Origin: an uncultured Gemmatimonadales bacterium
Lineage (GTDB): Bacteria; Gemmatimonadota; Gemmatimonadetes; Gemmatimonadales; GWC2-71-9
Length of the DNA: 64,000 nt
Direction: 5' to 3'
Assembly: GCA_963728915.1 (NCBI GenBank)
Contig: CAVSLV010000001.1
Location: 1,120,001-1,184,000 of the forward strand
Made by a program: the position numbers and the translations under genes. This document shows, one piece after another, positions 49,956 through 59,491 of the stretch. The notes beneath the pieces are model-generated. The model had not been told where the DNA came from. It saw nothing but the letters and a program-made list of their open reading frames with translations, and did not search any database. Position 1 is the first letter of the stretch, and each line of letters begins with the position of its first letter.

Positions 49956-50228
49956 TTAGAACAGTGATCTGGCGACCAGGTACGCCAGCGCGACTCCCAC
50001 CAGACTGAGCAGCGACAGCTCGACCCCCATCGGGCCGATGGTGAAGTGTACCACGAGCAAGTTGACCGGAACAGGTCCAAGTTCCGCTGATACCGAGTAG
50101 GTGAAAAACGTCTTGGTCGGGCTGTCCGGGAGCATCGCCCGAAGGAAGGCGTTGAGATAGCCGCCGACCAGGAATCCTGCGATCAGGACGAAGAAATAGA
50201 ACCGGGGGCGTCTGGGTCCCTGGGCCAT
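49956..50228 (-). CDS. Small membrane protein (DUF4321-like)
   Basis: Two hydrophobic segments flanking GPVPVNLLVVHFTIG; ATG at 50228. Confidence 0.65.
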   Translation of the reverse strand: MAQGPRRPRFYFFVLIAGFLVGGYLNAFLRAMLPDSPTKTFFTYSVSAELGPVPVNLLVVHFTIGPMGVELSLLSLVGVALAYLVARSLF

Positions 50229-51220
50229 CAGCTCCGGCGCTCCAGAACGAAGGTCAGGCTGGCGCGAAGCTGTTCCCGTGCCGGAGTGGCCGGCAACGCT
50301 TCGAGCGCGGCCTCGGCGCTGGCGCAGAACCCCTGAGCCCGGGACCGGGCGTAGGAGATACCGCCACACGCAGCCACCGCGTTGATCACTCCGGCAATCT
50401 CCGAATCGCTGGGCTCCGGGTTTTCGAGCAGACGCTCGACCTGGCTCCGCTGCTCGGAGGTCATCCGGGGCAGGGCATGGATGAGGGGAAGGGTGACCTT
50501 GTGTTCGCGGAGGTCGTGGCCCGCTGGCTTGCCGGTATCCGCTTCCGCCGCAGTGAAGTCCAGCACGTCGTCGACGATCTGGAAGGCCATCCCGAGTCCT
50601 TCACCGAATCGGCGCAGCGCGCCCCGCTCCGCCGGGCTTCCCCCGATCCCGCCAACTTCGCAGGCGCCGGACATGAGCGACGCAGTTTTGGCCCGGATGA
50701 GGAGGTCATAGTCCTCCTCGGTGAAGGCGAGCGGATCATGGGCCAGAAGCTGACGCATCTCGCCGATGGTCATTTCATTGGTCACCCGCGAAAGCACCCG
50801 GAGCGGGGCAAGATCACCCATGCCGACCAGCTCGATGACCGCCCGGGAGTAGAGGTAATCCCCCATGATCACGGCGACCTGATGACTGAACAGGGCGTTC
50901 AGGGTCGGCATGCCGCGTCGCAGCACGGAATGATCCACTGCGTCGTCGTGCACCAGCGTCGCGAGGTGGATCAGCTCGACCACCGCGGCGAGTGGAACGG
51001 ACCGGGGGTCCGGGGTCGAGGAGATGGCCGCATCCGACAGGAGCACGAGCGTGGGGCGGAACATCTTGCCCTGCATCCGGGCCAGATGGGCGTTGGCCTG
51101 GGCGATCAGGGGAAAATCGGCCTCGATCAGGCGGCGGATTTCGTCCCGGACCATCCGGAGCCGCTCCTCGACCCCCTGTTGCAGGCCCTGGAGATTGGGG
51201 GCAATGGTTCCCGAAGTCAC
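50228..51220 (-). CDS. Polyprenyl diphosphate synthase
   Basis: GKMFRP, HDDAVD..RRG, GDYL, KTA, FQIVDDVLD. Confidence 0.93.
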   Translation of the reverse strand: MTSGTIAPNLQGLQQGVEERLRMVRDEIRRLIEADFPLIAQANAHLARMQGKMFRPTLVLLSDAAISSTPDPRSVPLAAVVELIHLATLVHDDAVDHSVLRRGMPTLNALFSHQVAVIMGDYLYSRAVIELVGMGDLAPLRVLSRVTNEMTIGEMRQLLAHDPLAFTEEDYDLLIRAKTASLMSGACEVGGIGGSPAERGALRRFGEGLGMAFQIVDDVLDFTAAEADTGKPAGHDLREHKVTLPLIHALPRMTSEQRSQVERLLENPEPSDSEIAGVINAVAACGGISYARSRAQGFCASAEAALEALPATPAREQLRASLTFVLERRS

Positions 51221-53070
51221 GACGGCTCTCCCATCTTGCGAACCCGATCTCGAACGTCGAGGAAACGGATGTCGAGCGCCGCGGCCTGCTCGTAGAGGGG
51301 CAGCGCCTCCGCTTTTCTGCCCTGCGATTCGAGCACTCTGCCAAGCCAGTAGAGCACGCCGAGCTTCTCCTCCTCTCCCTCGGTTCCGGTAGCCGCGCGG
51401 CGGAGCACCACTTCCGCAATCCCGTACTGCCCTTGTTCATAGAACGCGATCCCGAGCTGTTCCGCCGCCTTGAGTCGCGGTCCGCCATGCGCGCGCAGCG
51501 CCTTCTGAAACTGCGCAATCGCTTCTTCGGTGAGACCCATCTCCTTGAAGGCGATACCCAGGTCATAGTGCGCTTCGAAGTCATCCGGCTCCAGCCGGGC
51601 TTCGACGCCACGCTTGAAATCGGCCAGCGCCTCCCGAAAAACCCGATCCTCGTCTTCGTCGACCTCCTTTTCCTCCACCCGGATCCGGACATCCCGGGTC
51701 GTCCCCGGATCCTCCAGAATCAAGGCGCCAAGATCCACGAACCTTGGGGCGGGCGCCGGCGCCCGCTGCGATGACGAGATCGTGGCAAGTCCGTGCTGGG
51801 CCGCCTCGTTATCGGCCTCGTGTGCGAGCACTCGCCGGTAGACCAGCGCCGCCTGCGAGGGATTGCCCAATCGGGCCAGGGCACCGGCAAGATTCAGGTA
51901 GGAATCGATCAGGACCTCGCGGTCCCCCGAAAAATAGGCCAATTCCACCCGCTTTTGATACCGGGGAATGGAAGCAGGCTCGAGCTCGATGAGGCTGGCA
52001 GCCACCTCGAGGGCTTCGGGCCACCGACTTTCGGCCTCCAGGTCGCGGAGGGTGGCCTCGAGGGAAGAGATGTTCCCGCTCGGAAGGGCGGGAGCTGGTT
52101 TGATCCCGCCTCGACGAGGCGCCCCCGATTCGGCGGTGATGAGCTCCTCGTCACCCACTTCGACCCGGGTCGAGTCAGCTCCGAATTCCGGGCCTTCGGG
52201 AACATCCTGGTGATAGGCGGCGCTCTGGTGTGCGGACACGCCAGGATCGAGCGCCGAAGCACTATTGGGATGGTCATCCCGGGCTGGATCGGCGTGCTCG
52301 GGGACCAGCGATTCGGATCCGGCGCCGACCAGCCGCTCCCCGCCCCCACCTTCCCCGGACTCGGTCTCCAGGCCCTCCGGAGACATGCTGAAACCGGTAT
52401 CGAGAAAGATCAAGTCGTTGTGAAAAGCGACCCCGCGACCGAGATGTTCCGGGCCGCTCCCGTGCTCGCCCCTGGTGGGGGCATTGCTATCCCCGCGGAA
52501 GGCGGACCCGTCGTATCCCGCCTCCAGATTCGCAGCAAGGTCCCCGAATTCGGGCTCGTTTTCGAATCCCGGAGCGGACCGAAGCAGCTCGGCCAGCATC
52601 CCCCGGGTTTCGGGGTTGGAAGCGAACCGGTCCGCGAAGGACCGGAACGCCCGCAGGGCCTCTTCGCGTTGCGCGGTGTTCTGCATTCGCGCCAAGTAAT
52701 CGCTGAGGTTCCGGCGGGCTTCTCCGGTAAAATTCTTTCTCGCGTGGAGCTGCGCGAGCCTCAGGTAGGTTGGGGTCCGATTGGAATCAATGCGGAGGAT
52801 CTTCCCGCATAGTGCTATGGCGTTGTTGAAGAAGCCCTGGTCAGTGTACAGCTCGGCGGCCTCTTCATAGGCACGGAGAGCCGCCATGAAATCGCCGGCT
52901 TTGAGCTGGAGATCTCCCACCCGGTTGTACAGCCCGGGATCCTGGATCGGCTCTCCCCCACCCGAGGCTTCCGCCTCCCGGATGGCCTGGAGATACACAT
53001 CGATCGCGCGGCGCCAGTCCTCGCGCTGCTCATACTTCCGGGCGGCCTCTTTGAGCTTGTCGAGGTTCAT
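51217..53070 (-). CDS. Multi-TPR protein
   Basis: TPR-like helices at both ends (HYDLGIAFKEMGL) around a disordered middle. Confidence 0.8.
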   Translation of the reverse strand: MNLDKLKEAARKYEQREDWRRAIDVYLQAIREAEASGGGEPIQDPGLYNRVGDLQLKAGDFMAALRAYEEAAELYTDQGFFNNAIALCGKILRIDSNRTPTYLRLAQLHARKNFTGEARRNLSDYLARMQNTAQREEALRAFRSFADRFASNPETRGMLAELLRSAPGFENEPEFGDLAANLEAGYDGSAFRGDSNAPTRGEHGSGPEHLGRGVAFHNDLIFLDTGFSMSPEGLETESGEGGGGERLVGAGSESLVPEHADPARDDHPNSASALDPGVSAHQSAAYHQDVPEGPEFGADSTRVEVGDEELITAESGAPRRGGIKPAPALPSGNISSLEATLRDLEAESRWPEALEVAASLIELEPASIPRYQKRVELAYFSGDREVLIDSYLNLAGALARLGNPSQAALVYRRVLAHEADNEAAQHGLATISSSQRAPAPAPRFVDLGALILEDPGTTRDVRIRVEEKEVDEDEDRVFREALADFKRGVEARLEPDDFEAHYDLGIAFKEMGLTEEAIAQFQKALRAHGGPRLKAAEQLGIAFYEQGQYGIAEVVLRRAATGTEGEEEKLGVLYWLGRVLESQGRKAEALPLYEQAAALDIRFLDVRDRVRKMGEPS

Positions 53071-53090
53071 GGGTTCCCGGAAAGTACGGG

Positions 53091-54620
53091 CTAAACAGTC
53101 TCTGGGCCAGCAGTTAGGTCGAAGTGCCCCACTCGAAGGGCAGCCGCCAGTTTTTCCAGGTCAAGGCCCACGGGCCGGTCCTGGTCCAGGCGCGGTACGC
53201 CGAAATCGGAATGCCGAACCTGCCGATAGAGTTGCTCGACGCCGGTTCCAGCCCGGAGCGGGCGGTGGTACTCCAGCGCCTCCGCCCCGGTGAGCAACTC
53301 GGCCGCCACCACCCGCTGGGCATTGGCGAGGATTCGACGGGTTTTGAATGCAGCAGCCATGCCCATCGGGACAAAGTCCTCCTGATTGGCATCCGTGGGG
53401 ATCGATCCAATGCTCCCGGGATAGGCGAGCGTGCGAGATTCCGCGACCAGGGATGCCGCAGTGATTTGCACCATCATGAAACCCGAGCTGATGCCAGGCT
53501 CCCGGGTGAGGAAGGCCGGGAGCCCTTGCGACAAGTCCGGATTGACCAGCCGCTCGATCCGTCGCTCGGCGAGCCCTTGCAGCGTAACGAGCGCGATCCC
53601 GAGGAAATCGAGGGCCTGGGCAATCGGCTGGCCATGGAAGTTTCCCCCCGAGAGAATCTCACCCTCGCCGAGAACGAGCGGGTTGTCGGTTGAGGCGTTC
53701 AGCTCGATTTCCACGGTCTCCCGCGCAAAGCGGATCGCATCAGCCACCGCGCCCAGGACCTGGGGGCTGCACCGGAGACTGTAGGCATCCTGCACCCGGG
53801 GATCGTTCTCGCGATGGGACTCCCGGATTTCGCTTCCAGCCAGCAACTGGCGCATCAGGCCGGCGGCGAGGACTTGTCCCGGATGGGGCCGTTGTTCGTG
53901 GATCCGGGGATCGAACGGGACCGGTGTTCCCCGAAGCCCCTCGAGGCTCAGGGCGGCGGCGGCCACACTGGTCCGCCAAAGCACCTCGGCATCGTGAACC
54001 AGGAGGGCCAGGATCGCGGTCTGGGCCTGGGTTCCGTTGATGAAGGCAAGCCCTTCCTTGGGCGCGAATCGGAATGGTACGAGGCCAGCGATCCGGAGCG
54101 CCTCAGCGGCCGGGATCCGCGCCCCAGTCCGGGTGAACACGTCGCCCTCGCCGAGCAGCGCAAGGCCGAGGTGAGCGAGGGGGGCCAGGTCTCCACTCGC
54201 TCCGACACTTCCCTGCTCCGGAACGACGGGGAGCACGCCCGCGTTCAGGAGCGCGGCGAGCGCCTGCGGGAGTGCGGGACGGACTCCGCTGGTCGGACGG
54301 AGGAGCACATTGGTGCGAAGGAGCATCATCGCGCGGACGATTTCTGCCGGGAGCGGTTCGCCGACCCCTGCCGCGTGGCTCCGGAGCAGGTTGAGCTGGA
54401 GCTGATCCAGGCGATCGGGGGCAATTCGCACCTCGGCGAGCTTGCCGAATCCGGTGTTCACGCCATAGAGGGGGCGTCCCGAGGCAATCGCCCGTTCCAC
54501 CGCCTCGCGGCTCCGGGCCAATCCAGCGAGGGCCTGGCCGTCGAGATCCACCGTCGTGCCGGGATCGCGCGCTACCCGGACGACCTCCGCCAACCTGAGC
54601 GAGCGCCCGTCGAGGGCCAT
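53091..54620 (-). CDS. hutH: Histidine ammonia-lyase
   Basis: YGVNTGFG, GSVGASGDLAPL (MIO-forming ASG), QDAYSLRC, GGNFHG. Confidence 0.94.
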   Translation of the reverse strand: MALDGRSLRLAEVVRVARDPGTTVDLDGQALAGLARSREAVERAIASGRPLYGVNTGFGKLAEVRIAPDRLDQLQLNLLRSHAAGVGEPLPAEIVRAMMLLRTNVLLRPTSGVRPALPQALAALLNAGVLPVVPEQGSVGASGDLAPLAHLGLALLGEGDVFTRTGARIPAAEALRIAGLVPFRFAPKEGLAFINGTQAQTAILALLVHDAEVLWRTSVAAAALSLEGLRGTPVPFDPRIHEQRPHPGQVLAAGLMRQLLAGSEIRESHRENDPRVQDAYSLRCSPQVLGAVADAIRFARETVEIELNASTDNPLVLGEGEILSGGNFHGQPIAQALDFLGIALVTLQGLAERRIERLVNPDLSQGLPAFLTREPGISSGFMMVQITAASLVAESRTLAYPGSIGSIPTDANQEDFVPMGMAAAFKTRRILANAQRVVAAELLTGAEALEYHRPLRAGTGVEQLYRQVRHSDFGVPRLDQDRPVGLDLEKLAAALRVGHFDLTAGPETV

Positions 54621-54621
54621 A

Positions 54622-57600
54622 TCAGGGCTCCCGTTGGATCGTGGTCTGATTGTACTTGTAGTTGAGGTCGGGCAAGTCGGTGAGAAAGATGGCGAAATAG
54701 AAGGCGAAGTTCCCGTTGGGGCTCCGCACGAAGTTGAACGAGGCGCGCCATTCGTGAAGATCGCGGGTGAGCTGGATCTGCTGGGATTCGAACTGGTGCT
54801 GCGCGGTGTTGTACTGGGTTGACCAGGCCACGCCCCAGAAGCGGGTGGGAGAAAACCGGGTGTTGAGACCGATGCTGCTGTTCGTGGTTCCCTCGACGCC
54901 CAGGGCCTCGTTGGCGCGGGTCCGCGAGATATTCAGGGTGACATTCGCGGTGAACGACTGGCCGCCGCGGGTCAGGCTCTGATTGGGCTGCATCAAAGTA
55001 TTGTGACGGATGGATCCCGGTCCGGGAATTCCCCCGAGGCCCAGGGGCTGGTCGAACCCGACGGGTTGCTGGGGAGCGGTGGGGCGATGGGCCAGACCGA
55101 ACACCGCGCCGATGGAGCGGAGGGTGTTCTCGGTGATGGAAAAAGCGGTACTCACACTCTGCAGAAAGGGGCTGAACCTGGTCCCCTTCACGCCCGCCGG
55201 ACCATCCCACAAATCGTGGGTCACATTCAGGGTGAAACCCGGCACCAGATCGCTGGCCAGCACGTTGTTCAACGTCTGGGTGGCCCAGCCGGTATGGCCC
55301 TCCTGCTTGGCTTGCTCGAAGTCGTAGGTGATGCCGCTGGTGTTGATGCTCAGGATCCGGAACTTCCGCACGTTGGTCCCGGCGGTATCTCCGGGGGCCG
55401 GTCGCCCCTTTCCTTCGATGTTCTGACTCAGCTGCAGGGAGACGCTCTGGGTCGCGGGGCTGCTGAGGGTGAACGGACGCCCTGGTCCGGCCACCGCGCG
55501 GGCGTATTCCTCGGATACGGTCGCCTCGGGGGAATAGTTCCACGAAATGATCGGAGAAATGCTGTGGCGAATCCTGGTGATTCCGCCGATCCCGGGGAAG
55601 AAGGCGAAGAAGGTGGGCGCGATGGAGAGCCCGAACCTGGGGCGAATGCCCTGATGCACGAATCGCCCGTCGGTGAGGGCATTTCGCACCGCAAACGGCC
55701 CGGTCGTCGCATTCGAGATCCCCAGCGTCGGCTGCAGCTTCCAGGTCGAGCGGAAGAGGATCGGGAGCGCCAGCGAGGTATTCCAATTGAAGGTGCTGCC
55801 GAAGCCACCATTGCGATACTGGGTCACCGTGATGGAGTCCGCCGGGTTGGTCGAGTTGGGATCGGGAATCCGGAAGGTACCCGAAATCCTCCCAGTGGAG
55901 TCGGCGTCGCTCACATCGAAGGAAAGGGGAAGATTGAAGGACCCGATCCGGATCGGAGTCTGGACGGAGAGCGCGGAATTCCTCGTGCTGCCGGTCTGGG
56001 CGACGCTGTCGACCGCCCCGAAGGCCCCACCGGGAACCAGGAGAACGGGAAGCTGGGTCTTGAAGGTGTAACGGTTGTTGAAATTCAGGGAGGGAGACCA
56101 GGTCACGCTCCGGCCGAAATCGAGCGGCTTCGGAGTCAGGGTCACGGTCGGGAGGGTCATTTCCCCGCTCCCGTCGGTGATGTTCTCGCGCCGGGTCAGG
56201 CCGGTGGTGAACTGTCCCCAGGGGAATCGCTTGACGAAGGCGCCATTGCTGCTGATCTGCTGGGTGGTCACCAGGGGATCGATCGAGTTCCGGGCAATGA
56301 CCGAGGAATTCGTCGAATAGTGCATGTCGAGGTTCAGCGAGGTCGTCACGTTGAATTGCTGCATGTGACGCCAATCGATGCTCCTCGCCACGCTCCCCCC
56401 GGATTCATGGTGTTCGGTGTAGCTGGCCGAGCCGCCGAGAAAGCGGTTCCGGATCTTGTAGCCGAGCGTCGTGCTGAAGGCGAGATACCGCCGGCTGAAC
56501 CAGTCCATCTGGAACTCGGCGTCCATGTAGTCGTTGGGCGCCCAGTAATAACCGATGTTGCTGACCTGGCGGTTATAGCCCCGCTGGTTGCGGACGATGT
56601 CGTTAAATCCGAACTGGGGAATCAGGATGCCCGAGCGCCGCCCCGTCTTGGTGTCCTGGAACAGAAAAGGCACCCAGAGAATCGGGACGTCGCGGACATA
56701 GAGCACCGCGGGCCGCGCCACGATGACCGACTGGGACACCCATTTGATTTCGCCGGTCTGGAAATGGTAGTGCGGAATCGGCAGGTCACAACTGGTCATT
56801 TCCGCGTGGCTGCCGTAGAGCCGGCTGCGGCTCGAATCCACCGCAAGGTTGCCCCGGACGAACCAGTTGGCCCCCTGTTCCGGAAACGTGGTGAGCGCCT
56901 CCCGGACCACGCCCCGCTCGATACAGGTGTCGAACCGGGCTTCGGTGCCGATCAGCACCTGGGTTCCCTGAAAAAAATGGGGCTCCCCCAGGGCCTCGAT
57001 CAGGCATTGTCCTTCCTGGTAGCGAATGGTCTTCGCTTCGAGCACCGCCCCGGAACGCTCGGTGCTCGCGTTGCCGTGGAGCTCGACCCGACGATCGGTG
57101 TTCTCGACCGTGGCTGTATCCGCCTGGTAGCGGGTGACCGCGTAGCCACGGAGATCGAGAAGTTGCTGAATGATCGAATCCGGGGTGGGAAACTGCCGGC
57201 GTGGCGCGGAGGGCAACCCCAGCCGGCGGGCACTCGCGGTATCGAGCTGACGGACCGGAGGTCGGGTCGTGTCCCCCGGTTGCTGCTGGATGGGCAATAC
57301 CGGCTGCTGGGCTTCGCTCCGGCCCGGCAGGCAGCAGAGGAGCAGGATCATCGCCGCCCCGGCGCCGGCCCGGGCAGCTCGGTCCCGCCGGCGCTGGACC
57401 GCCCATACTCCGACCACCCCGATCTCGTAGAGGAACAGGAGCGGAATGGTGAGCATGAACATCGACAGGACATCGGTCCCGGGCGAGAGCACGGCGCCGA
57501 GGACAAAGCTGCCGACGATGGCGTAGGGCCGGATCTTGTTGAGAATGGGGACCCGCAGGATCCCCAGGGCGGCCAGGATGATCATCAGCAGGGGCAGCTC

Positions 57601-58113
57601 GAACGAGAGTCCGAGGGCCAGGACCAGCTGAATCACGAACGAGAAATAGTTCTCGAAGGTGATCATGGTGGCGAATGAGCCCTGCTGGAATCCCAGCAGG
57701 ACCCGGAGGGCCTGGGGGACGACGAAGATGAAGGCCAGCACCCCGCCGCTCAGAAAGAGCAGCAGGCCGACGAACAACGCGGGCACCAGGGTCTTCTTTT
57801 CCCGCTCGTACAGCGCCGGCGATAGAAAGGCCCAGAGCTGCCACAGAATCACCGGGGAAGCGAGCACCAGGCCGGTGATGAACCCGAGCTTGAGGGTGAT
57901 CATCAGGGGCTCGGTCGGGGAGGTCACCATGAGCTGACCGCTCGGCAGGAGCGGCGCGATCGGTCCCTTGATGACGCCGACCAGGTCGAACCGGTTGACC
58001 AGCCAGAGCCCGATGGCGAAACCCACGATGACGGCGACCAGGCTCCAGAGAATGCGTTTCCGCAGCTCCTCGAGATGATCGAGGAACGGCATCTCTCCAG
58101 TCCCGCGTGGCAT
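54622..58113 (-). CDS. tatC: TatC-LptD fusion: TatC (aa ~1-240) + signal-peptide-like segment (aa ~241-268) + LptD-type LPS-assembly outer-membrane protein (aa ~269-1163)
   Basis: TatC motifs MPFLDHLEELRKR, WAFLSPALY, SFELP, SPGTD..M..IPL..LYE; LptD motifs TSCDLPIPHY, VPILWVPF, RRSGILIPQFG, GYYWAPNDYMD and a beta-strand-rich C-terminus; no intervening stop. Confidence 0.88.
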   Translation of the reverse strand: MPRGTGEMPFLDHLEELRKRILWSLVAVIVGFAIGLWLVNRFDLVGVIKGPIAPLLPSGQLMVTSPTEPLMITLKLGFITGLVLASPVILWQLWAFLSPALYEREKKTLVPALFVGLLLFLSGGVLAFIFVVPQALRVLLGFQQGSFATMITFENYFSFVIQLVLALGLSFELPLLMIILAALGILRVPILNKIRPYAIVGSFVLGAVLSPGTDVLSMFMLTIPLLFLYEIGVVGVWAVQRRRDRAARAGAGAAMILLLCCLPGRSEAQQPVLPIQQQPGDTTRPPVRQLDTASARRLGLPSAPRRQFPTPDSIIQQLLDLRGYAVTRYQADTATVENTDRRVELHGNASTERSGAVLEAKTIRYQEGQCLIEALGEPHFFQGTQVLIGTEARFDTCIERGVVREALTTFPEQGANWFVRGNLAVDSSRSRLYGSHAEMTSCDLPIPHYHFQTGEIKWVSQSVIVARPAVLYVRDVPILWVPFLFQDTKTGRRSGILIPQFGFNDIVRNQRGYNRQVSNIGYYWAPNDYMDAEFQMDWFSRRYLAFSTTLGYKIRNRFLGGSASYTEHHESGGSVARSIDWRHMQQFNVTTSLNLDMHYSTNSSVIARNSIDPLVTTQQISSNGAFVKRFPWGQFTTGLTRRENITDGSGEMTLPTVTLTPKPLDFGRSVTWSPSLNFNNRYTFKTQLPVLLVPGGAFGAVDSVAQTGSTRNSALSVQTPIRIGSFNLPLSFDVSDADSTGRISGTFRIPDPNSTNPADSITVTQYRNGGFGSTFNWNTSLALPILFRSTWKLQPTLGISNATTGPFAVRNALTDGRFVHQGIRPRFGLSIAPTFFAFFPGIGGITRIRHSISPIISWNYSPEATVSEEYARAVAGPGRPFTLSSPATQSVSLQLSQNIEGKGRPAPGDTAGTNVRKFRILSINTSGITYDFEQAKQEGHTGWATQTLNNVLASDLVPGFTLNVTHDLWDGPAGVKGTRFSPFLQSVSTAFSITENTLRSIGAVFGLAHRPTAPQQPVGFDQPLGLGGIPGPGSIRHNTLMQPNQSLTRGGQSFTANVTLNISRTRANEALGVEGTTNSSIGLNTRFSPTRFWGVAWSTQYNTAQHQFESQQIQLTRDLHEWRASFNFVRSPNGNFAFYFAIFLTDLPDLNYKYNQTTIQREP

Positions 58114-58128
58114 ACCGGTGGGAGGCTT

Positions 58129-58908
58129 CTAGTGAGGAAGGTTCTTCAGGCGCTCGCGGGCGATTTCAACGTCATCGGAACGGGGATAATCGCGAATGAG
58201 CCGCTCATAGTAGGTCCGGGCTGCGACCCGATCGCCCCGATTCTCTGCAAGTCGTCCTAGCCGGAGCAGAGCCGCGCTGGCCCGGGAAGATTTCGGGAAT
58301 TGACCGACCACCTGAGAGTAATAGGCGGCGGTGGAGTCGGGCGTCTGATCGCCGAACGTCTCGGCGATGTAATAGAGAGCATCGGGCGCCCGCGGATCCG
58401 AGGGATAGGTCTGCAGGAACTGCTGGTAGCCCGCCCGGGCGGTGCCGTTGGCGCCGCGGATATGCTGGTTTCTGGCGTTCTGGTACAGCTGGTCCGCGGT
58501 AGGACCGGGCGGGTGCCCGGCGCTGTCGCCCGGCGCGGCGCCCTGGCTCGCCACCGCCTGTTCGGCCCGGGCATCGAGCTGGGCCTTGAGCTGGGTCAAT
58601 CGGACCTGGCTCTGCCCGGTCAGCTCCTGGACCGCGATGAGCTGCCGCTGAATATCGGTCAGGTCCGATTGCAAACGGGCGTCCACGTTGGCGAGCGCCT
58701 GGCGCGTGGCGCCCAGCGAATCCATGATGCGATTCTGAAGGGTGAGCATGGAGGCGAGCGCCGCGGCGCGCGTGGAATCGCGCCGGGCGCTTTCAACCCG
58801 AAAGGAATGGAGCTCGGATTCGAGCAGCTGCACCTGTCCCTTCGTGGCACACCCCGAGAGCACGGCGCTGCCGGCCATCAGCAGAAACGCCGCACTCCGC
58901 CGTTTCAT
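58129..58908 (-). CDS. cpoB: Tol-Pal system protein CpoB/YbgF (lipoprotein)
   Basis: LSGC lipobox, coiled coil, TPR region (YPSDPRAPDALY); downstream of pal. Confidence 0.85.
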   Translation of the reverse strand: MKRRSAAFLLMAGSAVLSGCATKGQVQLLESELHSFRVESARRDSTRAAALASMLTLQNRIMDSLGATRQALANVDARLQSDLTDIQRQLIAVQELTGQSQVRLTQLKAQLDARAEQAVASQGAAPGDSAGHPPGPTADQLYQNARNQHIRGANGTARAGYQQFLQTYPSDPRAPDALYYIAETFGDQTPDSTAAYYSQVVGQFPKSSRASAALLRLGRLAENRGDRVAARTYYERLIRDYPRSDDVEIARERLKNLPH

Positions 58909-59459
58909 CGGGGGCGGACCAGGGCGTTCCCGCCCGCGGTCACTTCGAATTCATCGCGCCGATTCAAGGCCCAGGCCGCCTCGGTCGAGGCCCGGTCAAT
59001 CGGGCGCTCCTCGCCATAGGACACGACGTCTATCCTGCTGGCATCGATGCCCCGGCCGGTGAGGTACGTCTTGGCGGCGTTGGCGCGCCGCTGGCCGAGG
59101 ACCTGGTTGTACTCGTCGGACCCGCGCTCGTCCGCGTGGCCCGAAATCCGAACCCGCACCGCGGGGTTGGCCCGCAACACCGCCGCCTTGCGATCGAGAA
59201 TCGCCTGATCCTCGGACCGGATATCCGCCTTGTCATACTCGAAATGAATCACGTTGCCAAGCTCCGCCATCATGCCGCGGGTCACGTCGGACGCGCTTTC
59301 GCCCATCGTGGGCGTGGGCGGAGGTGGGGGTGGTGTCGGCGCCGGACTGGGAGCGGGACTCGGCTGGGGGATCGGCTCGACCTCCGGAGCCTTCTTCTTG
59401 CAGGCGACTACGCCGATCGCCAGCAGCGCGAGCGGCACATAGACGTGTCGTCGGTGCAT
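58905..59459 (-). CDS. pal: Peptidoglycan-associated lipoprotein
   Basis: VVAC lipobox, FEYDK, GHADERGSDEYN..LGQRRA, SYGEERP, NRR; ATG at 59459. Confidence 0.93.
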   Translation of the reverse strand: MHRRHVYVPLALLAIGVVACKKKAPEVEPIPQPSPAPSPAPTPPPPPPTPTMGESASDVTRGMMAELGNVIHFEYDKADIRSEDQAILDRKAAVLRANPAVRVRISGHADERGSDEYNQVLGQRRANAAKTYLTGRGIDASRIDVVSYGEERPIDRASTEAAWALNRRDEFEVTAGGNALVRPR

Positions 59460-59491
59460 TGTTCCTCTCCGTAGGAGTGAGGGGTCCTGGC

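Noticed and set aside
57325..57350. Lipobox in the TatC-LptD linker (LLLCC)
   Set aside because: Residues before the cysteines do not fit [LVI][ASTVI][GAS]C; the downstream SEA|Q fits signal peptidase I better.
41724..57678. Very long plus-strand ORFs (e.g. 41724-44381, 55003-57678) antisense to real genes
   Set aside because: Shadow ORFs expected from high-GC codon bias; no recognisable motifs, and they mirror well-supported minus-strand genes.
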